Shown: in pieces, positions 22,801 to 56,830 of the stretch
Layout of the letters: every line of letters starts with the position of its first letter
Position numbering within the stretch: position 1 is the first letter of the stretch
From: Lytechinus pictus
Taxonomy: Eukaryota
Reading direction: 5' to 3'
Assembly: GCF_037042905.1 (NCBI RefSeq)
Contig: NC_087245.1
Span: 28,522,001 to 28,586,000 of the forward strand
DNA length: 64,000 bases
Notes under the pieces: model-generated
What the model saw: the letters and a program-made list of their open reading frames with translations, nothing else
The model's database searches: none
Told to the model about the DNA's origin: nothing
Translations under genes and position numbers: made by a program

Positions 22801-25800
22801 CAAAGGAGAGAATTTTTTTTCCTCTTATAACAGTAATGTTTCTAATCCATTCACAACCTCTTAGTGAAAAGAGGCTAAATTTCACATAAAAAAGAATTTG
22901 ACATTAATAATCATGTTTCGAAACTGAACATCCTTCTGGTGGCAGATGGGTGCGAATTGCGATCCATTGCTGAGTGGATGTCTGATTACCATCTCAAATG
23001 AGCTATGGTTGGGACTGTTTGAAAGCATGCAACAGACTCTTGATTGCTCATTCTTGCAAAATGAATGATAGGCGCTGGCCGGTTGGCGATGTTTGGCTAG
23101 CTGTGGGAGGTGATAGAATGGACCAGAATCTAAGTCATTTAATGATGTCGGCTATTATACGCTCTCCAACCTTTAACTTGTTAGAAACAACATCCATTGC
23201 TGGTAACACTTTAACCTGTGAAACAGAATAGTGGTTGTGCATAAGCACCAACAAAATCAGTCTTTCCCCATGCTCACTAGCATCGAGCTGTTTAACCTGT
23301 ATAGGGTACTGGCATTTATTCCGCACTTATATGACATAACTGGTAAGAATAACAATTTGTAATATGGTACATGTATATACATGTATGTTGGGGTTTAATT
23401 GTAACTTTGTCGCATTCTTATAAATCTTGAGCATACGATGAAGGTATCATCAGCTTTACCTTCAAATTTAAATTGCCATCTAGTAAAAACAAGCTCCTGA
23501 TCAATGTGTTGGGGGGGGGGCAAGGTCCTTCTCATATAGCGTTACAACCTCGGTTATGTCCACAGAAATTTCACAAGTGACTTTCGGTGTGGTGACTGAA
23601 GCACTCTTGAATTCCGAAGGTACCATAGCTCTGGGGTAGAGGATTGTGCATTAGCATTTCTTCCCCTCTCATATTTCTCCATTTTTTTTCTTTAAAGAAA
23701 TTTAGGGGGTTCAATCAAACCGCCCTGGCTCTGGGTTTGTTTACAGGTACAGGCTACATAAAGAGTAATTTTGTGTTGTTTAATTACTTTTACTCTACAT
23801 AGGGGTGCCAAAATCCATGTCACCGACACTGTTTATAGTTTCATCGCTACCTTTAGTTCAAAACCTTGTTGTCACTGCAAGCAGGAAATTTTGAATGCAC
23901 CTCCATGTACATTATGCACACACAACACACCATACTATCATTGTGGTAGCCACAAGCTCCATTACTTTTCTCCATTCAATCAAGACTCCATTTCACCAAG
24001 CAAATATAAAATTCACTAAACCACAACGCCACTTCTAACAACAGCCTCAGCCATTGTCTTATATTCTCTATCACTATTTCTCGATATATTAAAACAACTG
24101 TCTGACTTCACCTAAGCTAAGAGGACCCTGAATTGATGAAATTATCATCAATCGATCTCGATATCCCACATCATAAAGCTCTGCCTATTTTGTGTAAAAA
24201 AATGACAAGAAGATACCTATTGGATATTCTCACAACACAACAATAATGTAGTCCTTTTAAATATGTACATGTAAAAGCCTGTATTGTTTCTGGAAAATTT
24301 TAATTATCCACAAAACTTTCATTTATCTCATATATGTTTTAAATGTTCTTATTTTATATTCATTTCATAGTTAAAGAAACTGAGTTAAATGTAAGTTACA
24401 CTTACCAATGAACTTCAGAAAACTGGCTTGGAAAATCTAACAGTTGCATGTAAAATCTACCCTCATGCAGGTAAGAAACTGCAGCTCAAAATCAGCAAAT
24501 ATAGCTGCTTCTCAATGAAAATAACTGTAGATATTCCACTTCAAGATGCTTGAAAATTGCTACTGATATTTTCTTGTCTAAAATCTGCACATGACTTGTG
24601 TGCAAACCAAAGTCTGAAAGAGGTGTGTTTAAAATCTACTGGATAATTGAGAACTATTGCAGGGTCACACACACCCTTGCCCTAAAACATTCCAAGCAGC
24701 TGGTCGAAAGCAATGGATCGCTGCCTGGGACAATAAAGGACCCATTTAAAGACGAGCACAATCATTGTAAAGATGAGAACAAACAATATAACTATGTAAA
24801 TGAGCTTGTCATCGATGGCTAGATCAATCAAAGGGACTTTGCTGAATAAATTAAAGTTCCTCTCTCTTGGCAACCAGGCTAGAGTACAGAATTGATCAAA
24901 AGTTTAATTAATAGTTCGGCTAAAAAAAGGGAAATATAAAATGTAAGGCATTTTCAATGTGGCAATGGACACAGTGCGAATGCAATAATGCTTAATACTG
25001 GGTCTGAAACTTCATTATGCAAATTTCTTGTACTCTGGTGGGGGAAATTTCTCCTGATTCCATCTATGTACATGTGGTTATTTATTGGCTGTCACATGGT
25101 TATCCACACTACTTTTTGGGGACTGCAAAGTCATGTAAAATTTTAGACACATTATTGGCCCATATTTTGAGGTCCAGTCTAACTTAGGCCATGGTCGAAC
25201 TCTGTGCTTATAATAGTTATAGATTATTATAAATATTTTGTCTGCAGGGTCAAAATTTTCATTGGTTCTATACAAAACCCTCACACAAGAATGTATTTTT
25301 TTTCTCTCTGTATCTTCAGCCAAGGTGATATAGAAATGTTATTTTTACTATTCATATTTGCATATTAAATATTTCAGCCATTTCTGAACCAACTTTGTTC
25401 AAACGTGACATCCGCATTTCAAACTTACGATGGTACAATCTAAATAAATATGCAGTAGTCACTTATCATTCTATCTGACCATGACCAAAACGCAAAGTAT
25501 CCCACTACTGTACAATAAATCTAATATTCCTTTTGATTTATGTTACATTTAACCTACAGTGTATAAGTAGTGACATTTTGTTGACTGTAATTAAGACCAG
25601 TTGTAAAAAAGGAAACTTATACAGAAAGCAGGAGCAAATAAAGGATTATTGAAAAACAACAAGTGGATTCTTATGACATTTTTTGTTATGTGCAGTAAAG
25701 CATTTTATTCATAGCTCACAAACAATTTATTGAATTATGTAAATAGCCACTTTGGCATTGACATAACTTGATAAGCGTGAAGGATTACGGGAAAACTTAA

Positions 25801-26175
25801 ATTATGATTGACAGTTTGTAATATTTTTTGTGGGCATCCTCTCTTCTCCACAATTCAGGTAGAGAGCTATATCATGTAGCTGTATAAAAGTAGATCATTA
25901 TTATTAATATGATTTTTACTATTATATTCCATGTAAAGAAAAGTGTAGTTTCTCTCAATATAAATGCATAAAGGTGACATACATTGTAAACCCGCTATTG
26001 TCAATATTGAAAATATTGTTTACGTTAGATGAATTGATTTGAAAGTTAAACAATGGGAAATCAAGTTATCGAATAGCTTACAATATACATAATCGCCTTG
26101 TTTAAATGTAGCTTGTTCATAAGTATAAATTTCTGCATTCCATCCATGACATTACAATTGTATCAATTTTCCTAA

Positions 26176-26922
26176 AGGTCAAGTCCACCCCAGATAATTG
26201 TTGATTAGTATCAATAGAGAAAAATCAAACAAGCATAACGTTGAAATGTCATCACAATAGGAAGTAAAATAAGAAAGTTATGACCATTTTTTCACAAAAT
26301 AGTCATGTGCATAACTCATGATATGCAAATGAGAGAGTCGATGTCCCTCACTCACTATAACTTCTTTTTTTTTTTATTGTTTGAATTATACAATATTTCA
26401 ATTTTACAGATTTGACAACAAAGTGCAACTCGACTCAACCATACATGTAAACTGTTAAAATAATGGTAATTCCACATGTTCAGGGAGGAATACAATTTTG
26501 TTTCACATGACAATGAGAAAATTTAGAATTTTTCAGATTTCACATAATAAAATACAAAAGAAATAGTGAGTGGGTGACGTCATCAGTCTGCTCATTTGCA
26601 TACCGACCTGGGGTCCGTTGCATAAAACTTTTTACCTGAGAAAACTCAGGTTGTTTTTACCGGAGTTTTTGCCCTGTGTTAAAGTCAATGGCAGAAATCA
26701 GACTAACCTTAGTTTTCAGTTTTTACCAGAGTTTTCTCAGGTAAAAAGTTTTATGCAACAGGCCCCTGGATGTACATATAACTATTTTGTGAAATTAAGC
26801 GAAACTTTAAAATGGCATAAGTTTCTTATTTCACATCCGATTTTGATGAAATTTTCAGTGTTATGCTCGTTACATTTTCTCCTTTCATTCAAATCAACAT
26901 TTTGTTGGGGTGGATTTGTCCT
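26176..26922. mobile_element. long-TIR MITE (TTAA-type flanks, Kolobok-like) with a nested MITE
   Basis: AGGTCAAGTCCACCCC...GGGGTGGATTTGTCCT; same family as 56831-58252. Confidence 0.75.
26611..26765. mobile_element. PIF/Harbinger-like MITE nested in the 26176-26922 element
   Basis: ~37-bp TIRs GGGTCCGTTGCATAAAACTTTTTACCTGAGAAAACTC and its near-complement; 3-bp CTG duplication. Confidence 0.8.
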
Positions 26923-27735
26923 TCAAAGTTTTCCTGGAATACTTAAATTGATGGAATGGTTACAGGAATAACAATTAAGAATATAAATCATGTGTAACAC
27001 ATATCTTCTCTAAAAGTCCATCTGTATAGCAAGTAAATACAGTGTGGATCTATCAACAAGAGATTATGTGCTCTTTGGACTTGTGACATTACACACTGAC
27101 AAACGGCAATTCATGGCATATATAATATGCCTCAACTTAGCTACCATCACATATGGTACATAAAAGCAAAGAGCAACCCATACCTTGGAAACGATATCAC
27201 TATCATGATGATATATACATGTACATTCATATTCAGTTTTAACAATATCTTTAAAGAACTGTGTTATAGGACAATCAGCGTTTCTTTGACAAGAGATCAA
27301 CTAACGTTTTGTAACTCTTAGTCTAGATAATATTTTACAATTGCTGAAAGAAAGGAAATTATGGGAAAATGGGAAAGATTTGTCATTGTTACTGAATGTG
27401 TTCATCAATAAATTAAAGGGAATATAAATTATTTGGTTTAAATTTGCTCCTGTGGAATAAAATGCTATTATGCATACATTCATGGTCATTAGCCCATCAA
27501 TATAAATAGTGGCATCAACAGTCAAATAATAATCATCACACAAGAACACAACATTTTGATTTAAATTAAGCAGCATCAACAATCAATTATAAAAAAAATC
27601 AGTACAAACAAAATTAATGCTCTACATCCCGTTCACAACAAGTAGGATGATATTGCACCTATAAACTATTTCTTATATATATACATATATTCAAGATTGT
27701 CTACATATTCGCACATTGCTTACACGGATATCATA

Positions 27736-27941
27736 CAGTGCGGCCTAGAAACAAAAAGACAGAGAATTACCAATGGTTTATAATAACTTGATCATAAATA
27801 TAATAGACAAATGACCTATCATTGTAAATGTAGTCTCCTCTTTCATCTGATAACACATTTACGCACAAGTGAGTAAATTATATTGTGGTTAAATTATGAT
27901 AAATCATCAATAATTATCGGTTTTTATTCTGGGACACACTG
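27736..27941. mobile_element. internally deleted copy of the 8647-9465 MITE
   Basis: TA-CAGTGCGGCCTAGAAA...ATAGACAAATGACCTATC...TCTGGGACACACTG-TA. Confidence 0.7.
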
Positions 27942-30900
27942 TAAAGTAGCTATGGAATGAAATTCACTGTGCAACGCAAAAAAAACCACCTTGCAACTTT
28001 AAGATATTTATATGCTACCATGAAAGAATATTGAGATAAGTTACGCATACATTTATTTCAAGGACAAAAATGGATAGGCCTACTAAATGAAGATTTAATG
28101 TAATTGTTAGTTAAAGCTTCTTGTACCAAAGAGAATGATACCAAGATCACATTATTTTGTGAAGTAATTCAAGTTAGATTCTACAGCTCTTTCTTAAAAT
28201 CTATCTTTGAATTTTGCAATCTTGGCCGACACATGGGAAAAGAATTCTATTGAGACTCCACATGGATGTACAAGTACATATAAAAGAGGAAAGCTATTTT
28301 TATTGTCAAAATGAAGAAAAGTAAGAAAAGGCTTCCCGCAATCAGTATATACATGTAGGTCTTATGAAGGACACTTAACTATTGATTGCAAAAATATGCA
28401 AATTTTGAAAATGACTGGATTTCATTTCTTAATGCATCAAATTCAATCATTTTGGTGTCATTATTTTAAGTATGTGTAGACAATGATTTAACCAATGATG
28501 TAATAATATGGAATGACTGATTGAATCCAATGACTGGGGTAATAATAAATCTGTAAAGAGCTTAGACACGTCGTTCCGATGTATTAAGCGTTATATAAAA
28601 TGCGGATTATTAATATTATTTAATAAAAAAATCACACCTTTTGAAGGCACAGTGTCTATCGCTCTGTTTTTTCCCCTTGACAACCCAACATTGACAGGTT
28701 TCCTTTAAGAGTGACTTTGGTCTAGACTAGTCTTTGGGCAGTGGCAAAAAAATATTACATTTTGAACTTTAATACACTGGTTTACTAATCTTCATAAGAA
28801 ATTACAAATTTTTTTTCAAATTACACATTAACCAAGTTTCTCATCGCCTTGATATCAATAAATGAATGCCAAAGAACAGGGAACAGATATGACAACCCCA
28901 CCCATACCATGATTTGGCAAGTGATGAAAAAAAAAAGAAAGGGGGGGGGGGAGGAGGAAGGAAAGATGGCTCGGATTTAAGAATAAGCTATACCCCAATT
29001 ATTAAAAAGTATTAAAACTCATATTTGGGTCATCCCTCGCCTGTCAATCAAAATGCCATGGAAACGGCAATGCCCTTGACTGCACATTATGGAATCCATT
29101 TGCATACAATATTTATTGATATTGGTATGTCAGATATGCCTGCACAAAAATGTTGCATGCACTTTTCAGAACATTTGTTACAGAAGAACACCTGTGCATA
29201 AGCTTTTTATTGGGGGTAACACTGTTAATCAGTGTATTTTACAAATAATCAAATGAGTTCAAATAAGAAAATTAAGTATAAATGCAATCAGGAGAACCAT
29301 GTGTCCCCAATTCTAAAAGGATAATTAAGCAAATAGTCACCGTTGGTGGAGGTGATGGGCAAATTATCGCTTTCGAGGCAAGCTGTATGTAGTTTGCATC
29401 GGCAAGATAGCGAGTACATACATGTACAGCAATCCACAGGAAAATACAATAAAGTACTATGCCTAAAAAAAAAAAAACACTGTACAGCTATTCACTGTAT
29501 GAAAAATTGTTCTTGAAAGATTTATATTTCTAAAAAATGGATGGGGCAACAAGAGGAAATGCACTAACATACTTTTTTTGAAATATAAAAATTATAGTAC
29601 TTTGTAATTAATACTGAAGACTTGACAAGAAACATTGCCTATTATCAGTTGAGCCAACATCATCAACTAACTTGAAATATAACATAAAATAACAATCTAC
29701 TGCATGAAAACTTAAAATGAAGTAATATTCAGAATTGGTTGCGAGGGAATAAAATTTACATTCCTAATGTAAGAGAAAAAAAACCCAATAAAATGATGCA
29801 TAGATGACGTCTCTTGATAGCTTGGAAACATGGATATCGCAATAATAGAATAAAAAGAACATGATTTCACAATTCTCATCTGCCAATTTCAACATACATA
29901 ATAAACTTCATCTTGATCAAATTATGTTCTCCGTTCTATTCCTAGACTAGAAAGTATCAAACAGAAATACTAAAAACGTTTTTATTAAGCTTGTGCCTCA
30001 CTTAAAAAAATTTGGTGGTGTTGAACTAAAATATTTAGAATGAAATAACAAATAATAAAGCATACCAGTATGCTATGGAGCATAATAAAAACAGCAAACA
30101 AAAACTATCACATACAACCAAATTAAAATCTACAATGCTGTGAATAAATATTACTCTATTTTGGTCAAGATAACAATATTAATGGCTGGAATATTTCTTC
30201 TCACAATTCACAAAAGCACCACGGCAAAGAGTATATCATAGATCTACAAAACATTAAGAATGGAAATACTGGTAGAATCAAGAATGTTGAATATGGGAAC
30301 CAGGGATATGGTCAACGCCAGCCTCCAGGCCACATTTTGCTGGCCTCGACCAGAGTCAAGGTTTTCTCTAGTGGCCTCATGATGCAGAACTGCGGGCATC
30401 AACTACATCCTTGATGGGAACTATCAAGTGCTTTTCAAAGTGGAATGCAGTAAAACGTAAATCTTGAGTTTATACCCTACAAAACAAGAAGTAAATAACG
30501 TAAATATCTAGGTCCTCATTGTACCCTCTACAATTCATACGCTTTGGTATACATGTGCGCTCTTGTTGTGATGTCACTCTGTCATATTAATCTGGAATGC
30601 ATACATGTAAATCATAAAATGTACATATGGACATGCTGTGGATCTGTGGTAGAGCACCCGCCTCATGGACAGGAGGGGGTGGGCTCAATCCCCGGCAGAG
30701 TTATACCATAGACCTAAAAAATGGGACCTTCTTGTCAGGCACTTGACTTTTAAGAAAGGAAACGGGTAATAACATTATGTTATACAGGGCCCACTTGAAA
30801 ATAAGCAATAGCTGAAGTGGCTATCCCAGGCAAACAATTATTACCGTATTATTAATAACTCCCTTATTTTACTGCACAAAGAATTTAAGATGGGACTTAA

Positions 30901-31851
30901 AATCAGATATTGAATGTCACTTTCCTGGTTAAGTATGTCAATGACATCATACATTTACATTACATAAAGCTAGGAGATATAGAATAATACCATCTTCATC
31001 TTTAAGCACTAAATATTTGGCCTATAATTTTTAAGCAATGAGGTATTAGAGATTTCAGACATGGGATTGATTAAAGCTACTACACGGCATCATGAGCACA
31101 GAGCAATCGTTAACAGTAAACAAATATCTCTGGCGTTTTACAAAGAATTGCAAAGCTTTCACAAAGATTACTTTCAAAAGTACTTTTATAAACAAAAAAT
31201 TTCAGTGATCACAATGCAGGATTTAGTCTAGACTACATGACCTCGCCCTCTTGGTTATAGTCCAGGTACTGTTGGTTCAGACATAGACTAGTTTTCCAAG
31301 TAGATTTAGCAGGACTAACTGCTTACTTATCCAGATTCTTGTACGAATTCATTGTTGGTCCAGTGATTATATTTTCAAATCACTTTTTAAGCCAAAGAAA
31401 ATGGACAGCACATGCACACGATTTGAAACCAAAGCACAGACTCTCACAACTTGGGTGAAAACAACCATGGCAAATATTAGGGCCCAATGGCATAAAACTT
31501 TTGCTAGATTTTTTTTTTACAGCAAAAAAAATCACGAAACTGGCAAAAGAAAAATTGCCAGAGTTAATCATAGCATTAAATGCCAGAGTTCCTTATGGCA
31601 AATCTTAATATAAGACAAAAACTGTGGCGATTCTACTGGGGTTTTGCCATAGCTCCAGTACCAAGGTCATAGTTCTCAAAACTCTGGGTACGCTGTTTCA
31701 AAATGGCTGCCCTATTGCATGCTATTTACATGTAGCATACAACTGACAAGACGGGAGTCTTCAGAGATCGAACGAAAGAGAACCATTGCTCATGCAGCTC
31801 TCCTTCCATCAAACTGCCTCGTCACAGTAAAATATGACATCTGCTTGAAAT

Positions 31852-52334
<20,483 letters not shown>

Positions 52335-52951
52335 AGTAACCAGTACACCCTAAAAATATTCTGCTCCTCTCTTTTCAAAATTCAGTCAGACGAACATAAT
52401 CCGCAAAGTCTGAAGATTGCATTTTGCATTAATGTACAGTATATAGCCAATAATGTTTGGCCTCATCAAATGACTTGTTCAGCTGTAGTCTTCATGTACA
52501 ATGTATGCTTGCTTCATGAGGATATCTCAATGTATCCAAGTAAAATCAGACGTCATAGTGATGATATGCATCTGAAGATCGACAAGTTGCTTTCATATTC
52601 AATATAAGATGTGCATATAAATACACAAATACAGCACAAATGGTTGACTGCTCCCTCATTTTCTCATTTCATGAATTATGTATCTTCTATACAACAAATG
52701 TCCTTGGAAACATTAAATTATTCCTGGTAGCTCTATCTGGATGTACCGCAGATCACATGATATGAATTGCTTTTTATCTTGGTCAAAAATGACCTCCAAG
52801 CTCTCATCCCTCTTGACAGTCGATGGTGTGGTGTTTATGACGTGATGCGACTTCTAACTTGAAGCACTTACACCCTGTTAAACTGCTAACAGCAAGTGTA
52901 GTAAGACTGGATCTACAGATGCTGGTAGCCAGCAGCAAAACATTTCATTTC
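52335..52951 (-). other. 5' UTR part of the PHTF start-codon exon
   Basis: Pyrimidine-rich acceptor TTTTGTTCTCTCCAATCCAG ends at 52952 on minus. I saw no convincing acceptor closer to the ATG. Confidence 0.5.
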
Positions 52952-55767
52952 CTGGATTGGAGAGAACAAAAGAGAGATCACAAAACCCTTGCAATTTAAA
53001 GTAAACAAAGGAAACTAGTTTCAAAACAGAGCTGAGCTACATGTACACTGTATATGTTATTACCATGTCATTTCCTGTTTAATCCTCTTTATTGTGAGTA
53101 CTGTTTACAAGAGACTGGCCTTGTACATATGCAATTCCTCTCAAAACTCACGTTTTACCAATATTTGTTTGATGTCTATTTCCATATAGTTTTGTTTTGG
53201 TTTCATTTCATGACTTCCTATTTTGACAGCAGGCTGGTTGGTTGATATTTTAGTAATTTTTTTTTCTGTTTTGCATCCCAAATTCCAATTGTTAGTGTGC
53301 CTCATTATTTTTTTACAGAGAAGCTGGCAATTGGAGTTATGGGTTTTGAGCCGAGATACAATGTATAACAAGGGCCAAAGGCATGTGTTCTACACAACTT
53401 CACAGGCTGCACTATATGTATGTCAAGAATACAATGATGATACAGTAGCCTATACAATCAAGGTCAATTTACAAAAATAAAGGGATCAGATATGATTCCT
53501 CATTTTAGTGCTTGTTCAAATTCTAAAACAAAATGCTGTTTATTAAAGAGGAATTTACTGAATGGGTAATACTTCATTTATTACTGCGATATGAATTGAA
53601 TTGATATAAATTCCAGATCTGGTACTCTGAATAGCTCTACTGGAGCATCACTCTGCAGAATGTAACAAATTAATTTGTAGCTCTTCTTATTTTAACAGGA
53701 TGCCTACTGACCTGGTAAAAGTAGTTATGCTACATATAAGCATCAATTGATTAGAGCATGGAGGTAGAGGTACTTCAGTGTACAGATGATAGAAAACTCA
53801 TTACAAAAAATATGTAGTTCATCTCACTCAATCATTCACTTGTATGGTTTTCTTTCTTTTGAAAAAACAAAAACAAAAATACAAACACAACTACATCATT
53901 TACATGCTTATAAATGCTTAGTAGTGAACTTTGAAATTAATAATGGTACAGTATGTGAATTGTATATTCAAAGACAGTGAACAGAATAATACATATTGTT
54001 AGCAAACTTCATAGCTGTACTCACTCACCATTCAGTCACACAACAAGAATGCACAAAGTGATCACTTATTAAAAGGTGCACATCTTCACCATACACAGTT
54101 CTAGGTTCTTTGTATTGATTCACTAAAACCTTCACAACAATGCTTTATCTTTTACAGGCTTGTACTGTGTGTGAATTGAGAATAAGGAACAAAAGATGTA
54201 ACCTTTCAATGCACAGGATTACTGGTAAACAGTGTCTACAGACCTATACAAGGGGAGTTTAATACAAAACTGGAGTAAGCTGACCTATTTGCATATAACA
54301 TTTTCAAGTAAACAAAGAGGCAGCTGCACACGCATGCAGTGATTGCAGACACTGTATCACTCTTGTAAAAATTGATCAGTCATATTCATTCTGTGCATAT
54401 GTTTGATAAATGTAGCAGTGGTCCAATATAGTACATGTATAACATGTTGCCAGGGCAATGAGCTTAGAAACAATGTAATTGTACTGGACATGTAGCACCA
54501 AAATAAAACACAAAAATAAACAGAAAAAAAGCAGGCCGATGCATTCATTCAAGTCCACACAAGCAGCAAGTGGATTCAAATAAACATAAAAGCAATAAAA
54601 CAATCAGAACAATGAAAACTTCATCCAAAAAATGCACAAGTATGTTCAAATGTTTAAAAAGTGATGACATGTTTTTCTGTGCATCAATCTCTTAATAAGG
54701 CTTGAAGGATTCTGAAGGGGTCCTAAAATTCCCCATGCAAAGAAATTGCATTTCACGTGCCCGCATTCAGTCTTTAAGAAATTTAAGAGAATACATCTAA
54801 AAAACTACAAACAGTTACAAGCTTTCTCTGCATTTTTTTTTTTGCAGCCTCGATATAAAATCTGAATTCATCTGTTTTCATTCTTTGTCAGTCACACAGC
54901 AGGGCAGTCCCATCACCTAGGCTATAGATATTGTTGTCTGCAACCACCTCATCTGTGTTGAGTTTTTACGCATTGCGCACCAAACAATAAAAAAAGTGTA
55001 AAAGAGTCTGTTTATTTTCACTCTTACCTATGTATTGATTCACTAAACCTTCACAACAATGCTTTATCTTTTACAGGCTTGTACTGTGTAATGTTAATTT
55101 TGAGCATATTTTTGTGGGGCCCTCTATGGGTGGAAACTGGAAAATGACAATTGGCAACCAACAATTTTTTTTAATCACATAAATTCAGCCTTAGGCAAAG
55201 GTACTCTGTGATGAATAAAAATATGAAATGTACATGAACTGACTGTGCTAAGAAGTACCGGTGAAGTATTTTATTCTTATCTCATCTCACAGAGGTAACT
55301 GAGGACAAAGAACATACGGTAATCATAACTCATATACTGTGCAAATAAAGCATTTTATCATTGAAATTGATATATTTGCATTTGTTGTGTCACTTGTGTG
55401 TAGCTTTTGCCCCTGCATAGCTCTTAGACACCTTACCATATAATATGTAAGTAAAACAAGACATATAGACTGGTCAACAACCAATGTAATTAATGAGACT
55501 GAAGCTTTCACGGTCCTGAATGTGCGTGGATTCTAGCTTTTGTTTTGCCCCCCCCCCCCTCCAGTGCTAAATTGAGAGGTGTGAGACAATACAGGTTTTC
55601 GTTCCACAGACCCTATTTCTTAAGTTGTAAAATAATGATTTGGGGTAGAAGATATTATAATAAAGTTTTCTGCAGCAGCTGAGGCTGCAGCTCGAACCCT
55701 AAATCCCCAAGTTCCCCAACCAAAACAAGAAATAAAATTGATACTGTCAATAGGATACATAATAAAT

Positions 55768-56556
55768 ACAAGTGGAATGCCTCTGGCCGTCTCACCTGCA
55801 TCACGCGATTCAATATAGCAGCAGTGCTGATTTTGAAAACTACTATAACTCGCACAAGATGTTCAGTGATACTTGGTTACTCGTATTTCCACGTTTTATG
55901 AATTAGACCAATACACTTATAGAGATATGATGGCAATTCAACAAATACCCCCAACGTGGCCAAAGTTCTTTGACCTTACATGACCTTTGACCTTGATCAT
56001 GTGACCTGAAACTCGCACAGGATGTTCAGTGATACTTGATTACTCTTATGTCCAAGTTTTATGAACTAGACCAACACACTTTCAAATTTATGGCTGTAAT
56101 TCAACAAATACCCCAATTTGGCCAAAGTTCATTGACCCTAAATGACCTTTGACCTTGATCATGTGACCTGAAACTTGCACAGGATGTTCAGTAATACTTG
56201 ATTACTATTATGTCCAAGTTTCATGAATCAGATCCATAAACTTTCAAAGTTATGATGGTAATTCAACAGATACCCCCAATTCGGCCAAAGTTCATTGACC
56301 CTAAATGACCTTTGACCTTGGTCATGTGACGTGAAACTCATGCAGGATGTTCAGTGATACTTGATTAACCTTATGTATAAGTTTCATGAACTAGGTCCAT
56401 ATACTTTCTAAGTTATGCTGTCATTTCAAAAACTTAACCTCAGGTTAAGATTTGGTGTTGACGCCGCCGCCGCCGTCGCCGCCGCCGCCGCCGCCGCCGT
56501 CGCCGTCGGAAAAGCGGCGCCTATAGTCTCACTCTGCTATGCAGGTGAGACAAAAA
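55768..56556 (+). mobile_element. Helentron/HINE-like non-autonomous element with ~163-bp internal tandem cores
   Basis: Starts ACAAG; subterminal GTCTCACCTGCAT; about four cores containing TGACCTTTGACC; (GCC)n microsatellite; 3' hairpin GTCTCACTCTGCTATGCAGGTGAGAC followed by an A run. Confidence 0.75.
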
Positions 56557-56830
56557 ACTGAATTTGAAGGTCTCGTAGTGACCGATTTTAAATAAACATT
56601 CTCAGCTCAACTCAACTCTATTTCTTATGTATCTCCAGTCAGTTGCCAACTTTAATAGGCCTACTGAGCTACATGTACTAATAGCAGGAATTGCCAACAG
56701 CCATGGGTTTCACATTCACAACAATATCACAAGTAATAGTCTAGTCTCCAAGACTACAAGTATAGATAAATCAATAATAAAAAGTACAATAAATCAATGC
56801 CCTTGGAAATTGCACACACTCAATAATTAA

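Noticed and set aside
55850..56420. Regular repeats superficially like a CRISPR array
   Set aside because: Whole units repeat with no unique spacers, in a eukaryotic transposon context.
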